64,000 nt of DNA from Candidatus Dormiibacterota bacterium (GCA_036521195.1 DATDID010000009.1:1609-65608); one strand, 5' to 3'; shown: positions 38,762-48,833, counted from the stretch's first letter. A program made the numbers and translations. Notes: generated by a model not told the origin, from the sequence alone.

Positions 38762-40021
38762 TCAGTCCCGCTCCTGCGCATCGTGCGCACCGACGAGCAC
38801 CGCCATGTTGCCCATAGGGTGCTTGTTCTCGCGCATCAGTTGATGCGCATGACCGACCTCATCGAACGCGAACGTCTGTGACAGGCACGGGTCGACCTCG
38901 CCGCTGATGACCATGTCGTTGAAGGCCGCAGCTTCCTGATCGTTGGCGAAGTGCGAGCCCTGGAGCCGCTTCTGGCGCATCCAGAGATAACGAAGGTCCA
39001 CCGCCGCGTGATAGCCGGTGGTGCCGGCACAGATGACGACCATCCCGCCGTTCTCACACACGAAGATCGATGTCGGGATGGTGTCCTCGCCGGGATGCTC
39101 GAAGACGATGCGCGGGTTGCGTCGCTCGCCGATGACATCCCAGAGCGCCTTGCCGAACGCCCGGGCGCCTGCGCTCCACGCCGCAAATGCCGCGTCGTCG
39201 CGCCAGTTCGGGATCACGCCCCAGTGGGAAAAGTCGCGCCGGTCGATGTACCCCCGCGCGCCGAGGTCCATGCAGTATTTGCCGCGTTCCGGTCCGGAGG
39301 TGACGGCGACAGGGATTGCGCCCTTGGCTTTCGCGATCTGGATCGCCTGCGAACCGAGCCCACCCGATCCGCCCCAGATGAGCACGACATCGTCCTTTTG
39401 CACCGTGTGTGGATGCCACGAGCACAGCATCCGGTACGCAGTGGCGCCGACCAGCGTGCCGGCAGCCGCAGCCGCCCAACTCAGCCGTGCGGGCTTGGGC
39501 AGCAACTGATGGGCCTGCACGAGCGTGTACTGCGCGAAGCTTCCCCAGTTGGTCTCGTATCCCCAGATCCGGGCGCTCGGCGCGACGATCGGGTCGCCGC
39601 CGGCCGTGATCCACGGGTCTTCGGGATCCCACATCCCGCAGTGCGCGACGACGTGATCACCGACACGGACGTTCTCGACACCGTCGCCGACCGCCCACAC
39701 GATCCCGGACGCGTCGCTGCCCCCGATGTGGAACGCCTCGTGCTCACCCGCCTTCTCGCGAGCGGCGATGACGTCGACCGGTCGGCCAAGGGCGGCCCAC
39801 ACGTTGTTGTAGTTGACGCCCGCAGCCATCACGTAGACCAGCGCCTCTCCCGGACCCGGCGTCGGCGTGGCGATCGTCTCGATCTTGAAGGCTGTCTGCG
39901 GATCACCGTAGCGCTCAGGGCGGATCAGCGACGCGTGCATCAACCCCGGGACGTCGCCGAGCGACGGCATCGTCCCGACATCGGTCGCATCGGCGTGCGG
40001 CATTGCGCTCGGACAATACAC
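38762..40021 (-). CDS. ccr: crotonyl-CoA carboxylase/reductase
   Basis: Contains [44 protein letters not shown] and [16 protein letters not shown], characteristic of Ccr-type MDR enzymes. An ATG at 40003 is an alternative start. Confidence 0.85.
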   Translation of the reverse strand: MYCPSAMPHADATDVGTMPSLGDVPGLMHASLIRPERYGDPQTAFKIETIATPTPGPGEALVYVMAAGVNYNNVWAALGRPVDVIAAREKAGEHEAFHIGGSDASGIVWAVGDGVENVRVGDHVVAHCGMWDPEDPWITAGGDPIVAPSARIWGYETNWGSFAQYTLVQAHQLLPKPARLSWAAAAAGTLVGATAYRMLCSWHPHTVQKDDVVLIWGGSGGLGSQAIQIAKAKGAIPVAVTSGPERGKYCMDLGARGYIDRRDFSHWGVIPNWRDDAAFAAWSAGARAFGKALWDVIGERRNPRIVFEHPGEDTIPTSIFVCENGGMVVICAGTTGYHAAVDLRYLWMRQKRLQGSHFANDQEAAAFNDMVISGEVDPCLSQTFAFDEVGHAHQLMRENKHPMGNMAVLVGAHDAQERD

Positions 40022-40102
40022 GGGGCAGCGTTTTCAGCGACCCCACGGTTCGCTACACTCACCGACGCTCTTGGGACGACCACGTAAGGGGAGGACCCGG
40101 CG

Positions 40103-41227
40103 GTGACGTGTGCCCACTGCGGTAAGCAGGTGCCCGATGCGGCCTTCTGCACCAACTGCGGTGCCCACCAGGGCCTTGCCAACGACGGGGTCGCCGCACA
40201 GGAACGAACGCAGCACTTCGCTGCGCACCCGGGTGAGCACGTCTCCCAACCGTCGGTCTTCAGCACGCTGCTCCCGCACCTGGGACATCGAAGGATCCAC
40301 GAGTTCCGCTGGGCCTTCATCATCGGGCTCGCCGCGATCGTCGTCCTCGTCGCGACAGGGCTCATCGTCGCGGCCTTGCTGGCGTCGATCTTCCTCGTGC
40401 CGACCCTTTACATCCTCTATCTGTACGAGGCGCAGGTCTATCGCGACGAGCCCGCGCTGGTGCTGGGTGCGACGCTCGCCGGCGGGATCATCCTCGGACT
40501 GATCGTCACCATCATTGCGGACCGGATCATCGGTGTGAGCCTGGGTTCCGACTCTGGTTCGATCTTTGCGTACACGGTGATCCTGCCGATTATTCAGCTG
40601 GTCGTCATGCCGCTGCCGGCGCTGTTCCTGCTGACGCGTCCGCAGTTCGGCGAGACCATCGACGGGCTCGTCTTCGGCATCACCGCCGGTCTCGGTTTCG
40701 GGCTGGCCGAGGGGATCGTCAATTATTCGAATGTCATCGCCAATCTCGGCGTGCACACCGACTCCGCATCGTGGATCTACCCGATGGTGTCGCTCGCGGT
40801 GCTCGTGCCGCTCGTGCATGGGAGCGCCTCGGGCGCGATCACCGCATCGGTGTGGCGTCCATTTCGCGCGGGCACCGCACGGTGGGTGTCGCTGTTCGCG
40901 ATACCGATCGCGCTCGTCGCGGTGCTGGCGTTCTACGCGGGCGGCCAGATACTCGTCACGCACGACGCCGCGCCGCTCATCGTGCTCGCCTATCAGGCTG
41001 CAATCGTCCTCATCCTGATCGTATACATCCGCCATCTGGTGCACCACGCGCTGCTCGAGGAGGGTCGCGACCTCGGCTATCGCGCCATCGTGTGCGCGCA
41101 CTGCCACCACCACGTGATGGCCGCGGGTTTCTGCCCGAGTTGCGGGAGTGCGCTCAGCGCCTCGCCACGGCGCGAGACGGGCGCAGAACCGTCGCCTGTC
41201 GCGGCTTCGACGACGGAGGCCACATAG
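40103..41227 (+). CDS. PrsW-like polytopic membrane protein flanked by N- and C-terminal zinc ribbons (copy A)
   Basis: N-terminus CAHCGKQVPDAAFCTNCG and C-terminus CAHCHHHVMAAGFCPSCG. The membrane core has YLYEAQVYRDEP and DGLVFGITAGLGFGLAEGIVNY, resembling PrsW family blocks. Confidence 0.6.
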   Translation: MTCAHCGKQVPDAAFCTNCGAHQGLANDGVAAQERTQHFAAHPGEHVSQPSVFSTLLPHLGHRRIHEFRWAFIIGLAAIVVLVATGLIVAALLASIFLVPTLYILYLYEAQVYRDEPALVLGATLAGGIILGLIVTIIADRIIGVSLGSDSGSIFAYTVILPIIQLVVMPLPALFLLTRPQFGETIDGLVFGITAGLGFGLAEGIVNYSNVIANLGVHTDSASWIYPMVSLAVLVPLVHGSASGAITASVWRPFRAGTARWVSLFAIPIALVAVLAFYAGGQILVTHDAAPLIVLAYQAAIVLILIVYIRHLVHHALLEEGRDLGYRAIVCAHCHHHVMAAGFCPSCGSALSASPRRETGAEPSPVAASTTEAT

Positions 41228-42238
41228 ATGGCACTCGCCTGCCCGCAGTGCGGGACCAGCAACCCGGACGGCAACGCGTTTTGCGTGAGTTGCGGCTCCG
41301 CGCTCACCGCGACCTCCATCGGGGACGAGGTCACCCGGACCATACAGACAGCTCCGTTCGCGCCGGCACCGGTTGCTGCAGGCGCGCCGCCGTTTGCCGT
41401 AGCGCCTGGAACAGCACTGCCGCCTCTGAGCTTCCTGCCGGAGGGAGACACGCCGCCGGCCGGATACGCCCCGCCGTCGGGACCGTATCTGCCGGCACCT
41501 CCGTCAGGAGCCGCGCCGGCGCATCGGACATCGAGCACGATGCTCATCGCGATCGTCGTGATCGTCCTGCTCCTCGTCGGAGGTGGCGGCGTTGCCTACG
41601 CCGCGCTGAACAAGGGCGGAACGACGCCGGCGCCGACGGCCAACATCCCGGTCACCGTTCCCACCACTGCGCCGACCGCGGCTCCAACGGCTGCCCCAAC
41701 GCAGCCGCCCTCGTCGATTCCACAGTCCGCTTCGACCGGGCACATTGTCGCCACACCATTCGCCAAGGTGTTCGTCCCCACTGGTTTCACCGTCATCGAC
41801 CAGGAGTCGGACTCCATTGTCATGGGCCCGAACAGTGGCAGTGAAAATGCGGTCGGTGCACAGGCCCAGCCACTCAACGGCGCGACCACCAACGCGCAGC
41901 TCGACCAGGACCTGCTTGCGGGCGACCAGCAGAGTGACGATCCGAGCGCGAAGATGTGCAGCACCAAGGCGCCATCGCAGACTCAACTCGTTGGGTCGGG
42001 CGGGACCATCACCGCTGACGTCATCTCGATCTGCGAGAACCTCACGCCCCCCAACGGACCGGCATTCGCGGCGATCGACGGTTACTTCGCCGGCGTCGCC
42101 CAGGCCGCGGATGGCAGCTTCAAAGCCGTGTGGTTCGAATTCCTCGCGCCTGCGAGCAGCTTCGCGGCGTTCACCAACAGCATTCCGTCGGCGATGATCA
42201 CGCAGACGGTGTTCGCGGACGCCTCGCCACCCTCCTAG
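41228..42238 (+). CDS. zinc-ribbon / Pro-rich linker / single-TM / extracytoplasmic-domain protein (partner A)
   Basis: CPQCGTSNPDGNAFCVSCG, a Pro/Ala-rich linker, the TM helix MLIAIVVIVLLLVGGGGVAY, a Thr/Pro linker, and a roughly 170-aa outside domain. The ATG directly abuts the previous stop. Confidence 0.6.
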   Translation: MALACPQCGTSNPDGNAFCVSCGSALTATSIGDEVTRTIQTAPFAPAPVAAGAPPFAVAPGTALPPLSFLPEGDTPPAGYAPPSGPYLPAPPSGAAPAHRTSSTMLIAIVVIVLLLVGGGGVAYAALNKGGTTPAPTANIPVTVPTTAPTAAPTAAPTQPPSSIPQSASTGHIVATPFAKVFVPTGFTVIDQESDSIVMGPNSGSENAVGAQAQPLNGATTNAQLDQDLLAGDQQSDDPSAKMCSTKAPSQTQLVGSGGTITADVISICENLTPPNGPAFAAIDGYFAGVAQAADGSFKAVWFEFLAPASSFAAFTNSIPSAMITQTVFADASPPS

Positions 42239-42243
42239 TCCGG

Positions 42244-43038
42244 TCACCTTCCCTGGAAGTGCAGGTTGGTGAGGACGTAGTCGAACGACTGGTCCGTCGC
42301 AAGGTAGAACGGCGCGTCGCCACCGGTGTTGCTCTCACACCACATCTCGGCCACGAGTGTTGTGTTGCCGTGCGTCGCGGCGATGATCACGATGCCGACC
42401 GGGTTGCCGGAACTGCCTGAGGTCGAAACGAGGTTCGCGGTGTATCCGGTGCCGACTCCGGGGATGAGTCCGACCTCCGCGCCGGGCACCGGCTCGACCG
42501 CGGTGATGTCCTGGAACTGATTGCCCGAGAAGTCACCGAGCGCGTTCTGCACCGCCTGCGATGTGTTGGTCCCGGACATCGCGGTGACGAGGATCTCGCC
42601 GATGGTGTCGCCCTGCTTGTCCTCCGCGAGGAAGTCGGCGGCGTTCGACGACGGATCGGGTTGGTTGATCGTGAGGTTCGAGCCGCTGTAGTCGATGACG
42701 AATCCCCATTTCGTGTCGACGAATTCGCGCGAGTCAGGAAGCCGCGTGCCGACGTCCGGCCCGCAGTAGAACCCGCAACCCTGCGCGCTCGTCGATACCT
42801 TGACGGCGAGGACGGTGACAAGGGTTGCGACGATGGCGACCACAGCCAGTGCCGCGATGATCACCGTTGCGTGGGACAGCTTGGATGGGTGAGTCGCGCT
42901 CGCATACGGCGGAAGCGGTAGTGGTCGCGCAGCCGCACCCGGCGCTGTCGCCGCGCCGCACTTTCCGCAGAAGGCGCTGCCGGCGCTGAGCGGTGCGCCG
43001 CAATGCCCGCAGAAATGACCGCCGAACGTCGTGGTCAT
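42244..43038 (-). CDS. zinc-ribbon / single-TM / extracytoplasmic-domain protein (partner B)
   Basis: The ATG at 43038 gives MTTTFGGHFCGHCGAPLSAGSAFCGKCG. TM helix VIIAALAVVAIVATLVTVLAV, then a roughly 190-aa outside domain. ATGA overlap with the upstream gene. Confidence 0.6.
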   Translation of the reverse strand: MTTTFGGHFCGHCGAPLSAGSAFCGKCGAATAPGAAARPLPLPPYASATHPSKLSHATVIIAALAVVAIVATLVTVLAVKVSTSAQGCGFYCGPDVGTRLPDSREFVDTKWGFVIDYSGSNLTINQPDPSSNAADFLAEDKQGDTIGEILVTAMSGTNTSQAVQNALGDFSGNQFQDITAVEPVPGAEVGLIPGVGTGYTANLVSTSGSSGNPVGIVIIAATHGNTTLVAEMWCESNTGGDAPFYLATDQSFDYVLTNLHFQGR

Positions 43039-44180
43039 GATGCGATCTCCTCGACGGCGGCGTGGCGTGCATGCTTCGGTGCGGCGAGGCGCGCGGCACC
43101 GCAATTCGGACAGAACGCCATGGTGTGCACGAGTCGATGGCACTCACCGCAGGGCGCGAGCGGGCCGATGCTGTGCTTGCCCGCCTCCTCGAGCAGCGCT
43201 GCATGCAGGACAACACGAACCACCACGAGCAACACGGCGCCGAGCGCCGTCCAGATGAGCAGCGACGACAGTGGGTCGGGCGTGTAGTACCCGGCAACAC
43301 CGAGCACGACCTGCGCGGCGAATCCGGCGATCACACCGATGGGCGTCACCCAGCCGGCGCGGCCAGCGTGTCCGGGGGCTCGCCTCCACAGCGCCGCGGC
43401 GATAACGCCGGTCGTCCCTGCATTCACCACCGACGCGACCACGCCGCTGCGCAGGATGCGCAGGACATCGTCGGCCGCGATGCCGTGAACGAGTGGTGCG
43501 GTGAAGAACGGCCAGGAGCTGGCGATGACAGCAACAAGCGTGAAACCGAGGGCGGACGCAACGGCGAAGGTGAGCCCGTCGAGCGTCTCGTCGAATTTCG
43601 TGCGTGTCAGCAGGACGAGCGGCCCGGCGAGCATCAGCGCCTGCGCAATCAACGGCAGGAGCACGCCCGTCACGAGTGGTCCCTGAACGGTGCCACTGAG
43701 CTGCGTCGTCGTCAGGTGGTTCGCGATGACGAAGTAGAGGAATCCGAGCACGCCGCCCGTGACGACGGTGAGGAGCAGGACCTGGATCGGCTCGTCCTCG
43801 TACACCTCGGACTCGTAGAGGTAGAGCAGGTACAGCACTGGGAGGAGCAGCACCGAGACGAGCGTCGCCGGTGCGACGAATCGGAGCGCTGCGAGCAGCA
43901 GCACCACACCGACGCCGCCGATGAGCACCTCGCGGAAGACGTGCACCTGGCGATGCGGCAGGTGCGGGAACAGCGTTGTGATCACCGACGAGCGGGTGAC
44001 GTGCTCATCCGGCGCGGCCGCGTACGACGATGCGCGTCCGCGCCCGGCGTTGCCTTCGAGGTGTTCGCCGCAGTTGCCGCAGAAGACACCCGCGGGAACA
44101 TGCGCGCCGCAGTGTCTGCAGGTCACCGTCTCCGTCGTGCCGCTCGCGTCGCCGCGGGTACGCGCAGGCGTGTCGGTCAT
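43035..44180 (-). CDS. PrsW-like polytopic membrane protein flanked by zinc ribbons (copy B)
   Basis: CRHCGAHVPAGVFCGNCG and CGECHRLVHTMAFCPNCG. SVITTLFPHLPHRQVHVFRE is paralogous to SVFSTLLPHLGHRRIHEFRW of copy A. The ATG at 44180 overlaps the S53 stop (ATGA). Confidence 0.6.
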   Translation of the reverse strand: MTDTPARTRGDASGTTETVTCRHCGAHVPAGVFCGNCGEHLEGNAGRGRASSYAAAPDEHVTRSSVITTLFPHLPHRQVHVFREVLIGGVGVVLLLAALRFVAPATLVSVLLLPVLYLLYLYESEVYEDEPIQVLLLTVVTGGVLGFLYFVIANHLTTTQLSGTVQGPLVTGVLLPLIAQALMLAGPLVLLTRTKFDETLDGLTFAVASALGFTLVAVIASSWPFFTAPLVHGIAADDVLRILRSGVVASVVNAGTTGVIAAALWRRAPGHAGRAGWVTPIGVIAGFAAQVVLGVAGYYTPDPLSSLLIWTALGAVLLVVVRVVLHAALLEEAGKHSIGPLAPCGECHRLVHTMAFCPNCGAARLAAPKHARHAAVEEIAS

Positions 44181-45940
44181 CCGCTCGCCCCGTGAGTCTT
44201 CTCGTACCACTCGAAGTCATTGGTGAGCGCGCCGACATCGGGTGTGCCGAGACCCGTCGCCATGTCCCACCCCGGGCCGGCGGCGAAGTGCAGGTTCGAG
44301 CCGAGCGTGATGTCGTGGAACGCGGGCGCGGGCAGCCCGGGAGGCGATTGTGCGAAGAGGTAGAGAGCGGGATTGGCAAAGCCGACCGGCGGCAGTGACT
44401 TCTGCGAGAGATTCTCGTCGATGAGCGCTGCGACCGCCGCCCAGAAGGGTGCCGCTGCCGACGTTCCGCCGACCGGGCCCTCCTCCGTCTGACCAGCAGT
44501 CTGTCCAGGGCCGATGATGTCCCAGCCCGAGAGGATGTCAGCGTTGGCCGCGACATCGGGAACGCCGCGACCGGTCATCGAGGCGGTAATGCCGGGTGCC
44601 ACCTGCCACGTCGGTCGCGACAGTTGCGTGCTCATGCCACCACCGCTGCCCCACTGCTCGACGGGCTCACCCCACGCGGACTCCTGGAAGTAGCCGCCGT
44701 CCTCAGCGAGGAATGCGGTGGTGCCGCCCACGGCCGTCACGCCGACACTCGACGCGTCGGGCATCACGGATATCTCGGTGTTGCCGTTTGCGTCCTGGTT
44801 GGGAAAGTTGTTGAGGCACATGTATGCGCCGCGGTCTCCGGATGCCCAGAAGATGCTCATCCCCTGTGCCGCGGCGGCCACGTCAACCTGGTTCTCGGCG
44901 GCTCCGTCCGCGGCAGCGCCTCGCTCGTGCTCGCATTCGTGCTCGCTGATGCTGCTCGAGAGGATGACGTGTGGGGAAGCCGCGGCGATCGCCTTGATGA
45001 CGTCGGGGATGGCGGCGCCGTTGCTGAATTCGTAGACGACCTCATGTGCGCCGGGAGCGATGCCGTGCACGATCTCGAGGTCGAGGGCGGCCTCGCCGGC
45101 CACGTCCGAATACTGTTTGTCGCCGCTGACAAGTGGTGCGCCCCAGTCAGCCGCGTCCTGGTGGATCTCCACGTTGAACGGCACCGTGGGAGTGAACTTC
45201 TTCGCAAATGCGTTGAGCACGCTGGTCGGCGGCACTCCCCACTCGAGGAAGACCACGGTCTGCCCTGTGCCGTCGAGTCCCGCTTTGCGCAGCGGTGTGA
45301 TGTCGTAGAAGTTCGTCATGTCCGCCGGCGTGACACCGTCGACGTCCGCGGCGGGGACGGCCGACGTCAGGTCGCGCACGTAGTTGTCGAGCCCGGTGAC
45401 GGCGATGACCATTCCGGCGAGCTGCGCAGGAATCGCCGGTGCAGTCAGCGATGAGTAGAACGCGGTGCCGTCCGGGGTCACGAAGCGATGGATGCTGATC
45501 CGGAGGAATCGCTCGACAGCATCAGCCGAGCCGCTGACCGTCAGCAGCACTGCGCCGGACGTCCAGTGCGCGGTGAGGCCGGCGGCGGTGAGGGCTCTGA
45601 GCGCGGCAGCGACACGCGCCGGATCGGGTCCGAACCGGCTAGCGAACTCGGCCGAGGTCATGGCGGAGCCACTCGCGAGCGCATCCTGCAGTGCGTTGGG
45701 GTCGCGGTCGGCGAGCGTCAGGTCGAAGGACATGGGCTGCGCCGAAAGAATGGGTCCGAGGTCGCGGCTGTCGCGGATCGCCACCTCGAGCGGGGCCAGG
45801 CCGCTGGACGGCGAGGTCTGCGTCGTCGATTGCGATGACGGCGGTGGCTGGCGCGCTTGGGTTCGCGACAAGGTCGTCTGCGAGGTGCAGGCGGCGAGAC
45901 CGAGCAAGCACACGAGGCTCGCCACGAGCAATCGACCCAC
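44177..45940 (-). CDS. S53 (sedolisin/kumamolisin-like) serine peptidase lipoprotein with pro-domain
   Basis: GTG start and lipobox LLGLAAC. An N-terminal pro-kumamolisin-like activation region. Catalytic serine context GGTSAAAPFWAAVAALI. Confidence 0.8.
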   Translation of the reverse strand: MGRLLVASLVCLLGLAACTSQTTLSRTQARQPPPSSQSTTQTSPSSGLAPLEVAIRDSRDLGPILSAQPMSFDLTLADRDPNALQDALASGSAMTSAEFASRFGPDPARVAAALRALTAAGLTAHWTSGAVLLTVSGSADAVERFLRISIHRFVTPDGTAFYSSLTAPAIPAQLAGMVIAVTGLDNYVRDLTSAVPAADVDGVTPADMTNFYDITPLRKAGLDGTGQTVVFLEWGVPPTSVLNAFAKKFTPTVPFNVEIHQDAADWGAPLVSGDKQYSDVAGEAALDLEIVHGIAPGAHEVVYEFSNGAAIPDVIKAIAAASPHVILSSSISEHECEHERGAAADGAAENQVDVAAAAQGMSIFWASGDRGAYMCLNNFPNQDANGNTEISVMPDASSVGVTAVGGTTAFLAEDGGYFQESAWGEPVEQWGSGGGMSTQLSRPTWQVAPGITASMTGRGVPDVAANADILSGWDIIGPGQTAGQTEEGPVGGTSAAAPFWAAVAALIDENLSQKSLPPVGFANPALYLFAQSPPGLPAPAFHDITLGSNLHFAAGPGWDMATGLGTPDVGALTNDFEWYEKTHGASG

Positions 45941-45952
45941 GGGAGGCGAATA

Positions 45953-47265
45953 TTACGGGCCCGGTCGATAGCGCCACACCGACGGAAACGCTGCCGCCGC
46001 GGCGCCGAGACCGACGAGACAGAGCGCGCCGCCGGTGATGATCGCCACTTCCGCGCCGAACGCGTTTGCCACGATGCCTGTCTCGACGTCCCCGAGATAC
46101 GGGCCGCCGGCCACCACCATGAAGTAGAGCGAGGTGAGCCGGCCCCGGAGTTCGTTGGGAGCGATCCGCTGCATGATCGTGGTGCGACAGACGGCGCTGA
46201 AGCTGTCGGCGCCACCGGCAAGGGCGAGCAGCAGCAGCGCGACCCGGAGGCTGTGGGCGAACCCGAAAGCGACCACCGCGACGCCCCACACCGCGATCGA
46301 GATCACGATGATCCGGCCGAGGCGCTTGGAGCGAGCTGTCGGCCCGCTGATCAGCGCGGCGACGACTGCGCCGAATCCCGGTGCGGAGTAGAGGAAGCCC
46401 AACCCCTGGGCGCCGGCGTGGAATGTGTTCGCTGCCAGCACCGGGAAGACGGCACGCGGCAGGCCGAAGATCATCGCCGCGAGGTCCATGGCGAACGTGC
46501 CGAGCAGGATCGGCTGGCGGCGGGTGAACTGGATGCCCCGAAGGATCGCCGCAAGCGGCCGCTCTCGCTCCGTCGATGAGTGTCCCTGCGGCGGCAGCAG
46601 CATCACGGCGACCAGCGCGGCGCTGAACGTGACCACGTCGACCGAGTACGCCTCGGCGAGTCCCAGATGCGCGATGACGAGGCCGCCGATTGCAGGCCCC
46701 GCGACGAGTGTCGTCTGGAACAGCGCGATGTTCAGCGAGAGCGCCCCGGCAACTGATCGCTGCCGACGAGGTTCGGGATGATCGCCGTGCGCGTCGGGGA
46801 ATCGACAGCGCCCACCAGCGCCGCGAGCGCGACGATGCCGTATAGCGCCAGCAGTGGCGGGTTCCCGGTGTAAGCACCCAACGCGAGCAGCCCTGAGCAC
46901 GAGGCGAGACAGAGTTGGGTGACGAGCAGGACCCGCCGGCGGTCGAACCGGTCGGCGATCGCGCCACCGCCGAGCGATCCCACGATGAGCGGGACGGCCT
47001 GGACGATGCCCAGCAAGCCCACGTACAGCGCCGATTTCGTCAGTGCGTACACCTGGAACGGGACCGCGACCAGCGTGATCTGGCGGCCGATCAGGGAGAT
47101 GAGCTGGCCGATGAACAGCCGCCGGAACGGCCGCGATTCCCGGAGTGCTCGGGCGTCGACCGCCATGGTCCGGACGACCCGGCTGGCCATCGGCCTGCGC
47201 ACGAGCGGCGATGCCGGTTCGACGCTCGGGCCGTCGGGGGCCGGTGGAGTCAGTTCGTCGGGCAC
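45953..47265 (-). pseudogene. MFS transporter (EntS/MFS_3-like) split by a frameshift
   Basis: Two ORFs in different frames (46732..47265 and 45953..46900) together form one MFS protein: ...IIPNLVGSDQLP | GALSLNIALFQTTLVAGPAIGG.... The frames switch at the C4 run 46744-46747. Confidence 0.7.
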
Positions 47266-48773
47266 GTCGTCCCCGTCCGCGGCAGCATGAGCTTCACCAG
47301 GTACGCCTGCTCATACGAGTCGGCGCACGCGCTCTTGCCGAACGAGACGTGCCCGTCGCCGTCACGCGTCAGGAGGACGGATCCTGGGAAGAACGGGACC
47401 GCACCGAGCGCCCACTTGTACGGTGTTGCGGGATCTCCGGTGGCGCCGACGAAGAGCAGTGGCGCGGTCTGGACCGTGTGGAACGACGGTGGCTGCGCGT
47501 GGAACGGCCAGTACGCGCAGACCAGCGCGCCCCACACCGTGCCGGCGCCGAAATGCGGATCGATCGCATTCATGCGTTGCGCCTCGGCAACGTACGTCGA
47601 GAGGTCGGTGGGCACCGAGCCGTCCGCGCACGCGATCGCCATGTTCGCTTCTGCGAGGGGCGCATAGGTGCCGTTGCTCCTGCGCCCGACGTAGTCGTCG
47701 GCGGAACTGAGCAGCAGATCCCCGTTGCCGGAGGCCGCCTGATTGATCGCGTTGGCGAGCGCCTGCTCGACGTCGCGGTCCTCGGCCGGCTCGTAGAGGT
47801 AGGTGATGATCCCCGTGATTGCCTCTGCTCGCGTCAGCGCGCGCCCGTTCACGAGCAGCGGAGCTCGGGCTGCCTGCGCGAGCACGCCCGCGATCGTCGC
47901 GGCGGGGGACCGCTGGAAGCCGCATCCCTGCGCGCAGTCGGTCTCGAAATCGGCGAGGTCATGCTCGAACGCTGTCGCCTGATCCTCGGAAGCGGGCAGC
48001 AGCGGGATCGTCGGGTTCTCAACTCCGTCGAGCACCATGGCGCGCACGTTGTTCGGGTACAGCGATGCGTAGGTCTCGCCGAGGAACGTCCCGTAGCTCA
48101 GACCGAGGTAGGTGAGCGGCGCAGCACCCAACCCGCGGCGCAGCTCCTCGAGGTCCCGGGCGGTGTACTGCGTCCCGAGAAAGAGGAGCGTCCGTCCGGT
48201 GCGTGCGAGGCACCCGGCCGCGAAACGCTGCGAGAGCGCGACCAGCGTGCGCTCGCTCTGCGCCGTGTTCGCGATGGGATCGGCAGAGTAGTACTGGTCG
48301 AGGTCTGGCCCCGACAGGCAGTGCGCAGCGTCACTCTGTCCGGTTCCCCTCGGATCGAACGACACGATGTTGAACGACGCGCGCAGGCCGGCGAACTCAG
48401 TCGCAGCCTCGTTCAGGAAGTCGGTCCCCGGCTCGCCGGGCCCGCCTGGATTGACGACGATCGAGCCTTGCGCCGATCCGTCGAGCGCGGGCAGTCGCGC
48501 TACCGCGATCGAGATGGTTGAGGCGGACGGATCGGCATAGTCGAGCGGGACGTTCATCGTCGCGCACTGCAGCCCACTGACGCCCGAGCACGGACGGAAG
48601 CTGAGCGGCGGAACTGCCGGCAGCGTCAGTGGCGGCGGTGCGGGCAGCGGCAGGGCACCGATCGTCGGTTCATCGGTGGGCAGTGGCGTCGTCGCCGTTG
48701 GACTCGAGCTGCAGCCGGTGGCGGCGCAGACCGCCGCGATAAGCGCGAGCCGCCTCCACACTCTGGATCGCAC
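47250..48773 (-). CDS. secreted alpha/beta hydrolase (tripeptidyl aminopeptidase-like) lipoprotein
   Basis: Lipobox AAVCAATGCSS, NPGGPGEPG, and nucleophile elbow YLGLSYGTFLG. GTG starts at 48806, 48773 or 48761 are all possible. Confidence 0.8.
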   Translation of the reverse strand: MRSRVWRRLALIAAVCAATGCSSSPTATTPLPTDEPTIGALPLPAPPPLTLPAVPPLSFRPCSGVSGLQCATMNVPLDYADPSASTISIAVARLPALDGSAQGSIVVNPGGPGEPGTDFLNEAATEFAGLRASFNIVSFDPRGTGQSDAAHCLSGPDLDQYYSADPIANTAQSERTLVALSQRFAAGCLARTGRTLLFLGTQYTARDLEELRRGLGAAPLTYLGLSYGTFLGETYASLYPNNVRAMVLDGVENPTIPLLPASEDQATAFEHDLADFETDCAQGCGFQRSPAATIAGVLAQAARAPLLVNGRALTRAEAITGIITYLYEPAEDRDVEQALANAINQAASGNGDLLLSSADDYVGRRSNGTYAPLAEANMAIACADGSVPTDLSTYVAEAQRMNAIDPHFGAGTVWGALVCAYWPFHAQPPSFHTVQTAPLLFVGATGDPATPYKWALGAVPFFPGSVLLTRDGDGHVSFGKSACADSYEQAYLVKLMLPRTGTTCPTN

Positions 48774-48833
48774 CGGGGCAACGCTATCCTGTCCGCCGAT
48801 GCGCACGCGGCCCTCGCTCCCGATCCGAGCGTC

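Noticed and set aside
45639-46967. A 442-aa ORF on the - strand covering the S53 5' end and the MFS region.
   Set aside because: It is an alternative frame of the S53 and MFS genes. The product is extremely Arg/Pro/Gly-rich and has no transmembrane or enzyme motifs.
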